Position numbers and translations under genes: made by a program. Below the pieces are notes generated by a model. It was given only the letters and a program-made list of their open reading frames with translations, was not told the DNA's origin and searched no databases. A stretch of 64,000 nucleotides of DNA from an uncultured bacterium (GTDB lineage Bacteria > Armatimonadota > Abditibacteriia > Abditibacteriales > Abditibacteriaceae): assembly GCA_963843795.1 (NCBI GenBank), contig CAWJLW010000006.1, forward strand, positions 1,240,001 to 1,304,000, read 5' to 3'. Positions 63,938-64,000 of the stretch are shown one piece after another; the first letter of the stretch is position 1; every line of letters starts with the position of its first letter.

Positions 63938-64000
63938 TTTGGATGGGAAATTAAAAACCAATGCCGTTATTTGAATTTCGATGTTTAGATTGTGACAAGC

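Overview
Bacterial chromosomal window with moderately high GC. A DUF1559/H-X9-DG prepilin-like gene, LacI plus beta-helix sugar loci and eukaryote-like Ser/Thr kinases suggest an Armatimonadota/Abditibacteriota-like organism; this is inference, not checked. It contains two IS3 remnants, secreted glycan-active proteins, a tandem AP2-like protein, a urea-uptake/urease block (urtABCDE, a UreH-like transporter, ureB, ureC, but no ureA/D/E/F/G), glnA, gyrB and gyrA split by a PAS histidine kinase + REC-GGDEF pair, sugar catabolism genes, a degenerate WecA-like/TagA fusion, a VWA/kinase/kinase/WD40 operon, gltX, a rhomboid and duplicated cold-shock genes. The dominant unexplained signal is a highly iterated palindrome, (T)GCAAGTACTTGC(A). 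By hand I count 38 exact copies of the 12-mer (about one per 1.7 kb, against about 0.004 expected in random sequence) plus near-matches. It occurs in three contexts: as the centre of long perfect intergenic palindromes with variable arms, inside small inverted-repeat elements, and written into proteins as QVLA or ASTC, even in UreC. It behaves like a HIP1- or DNA-uptake-sequence-type genomic signal that I do not recognise as described. Roughly ten small frameshifts, mostly at homopolymers, suggest long-read assembly errors, so pseudogene calls are provisional.
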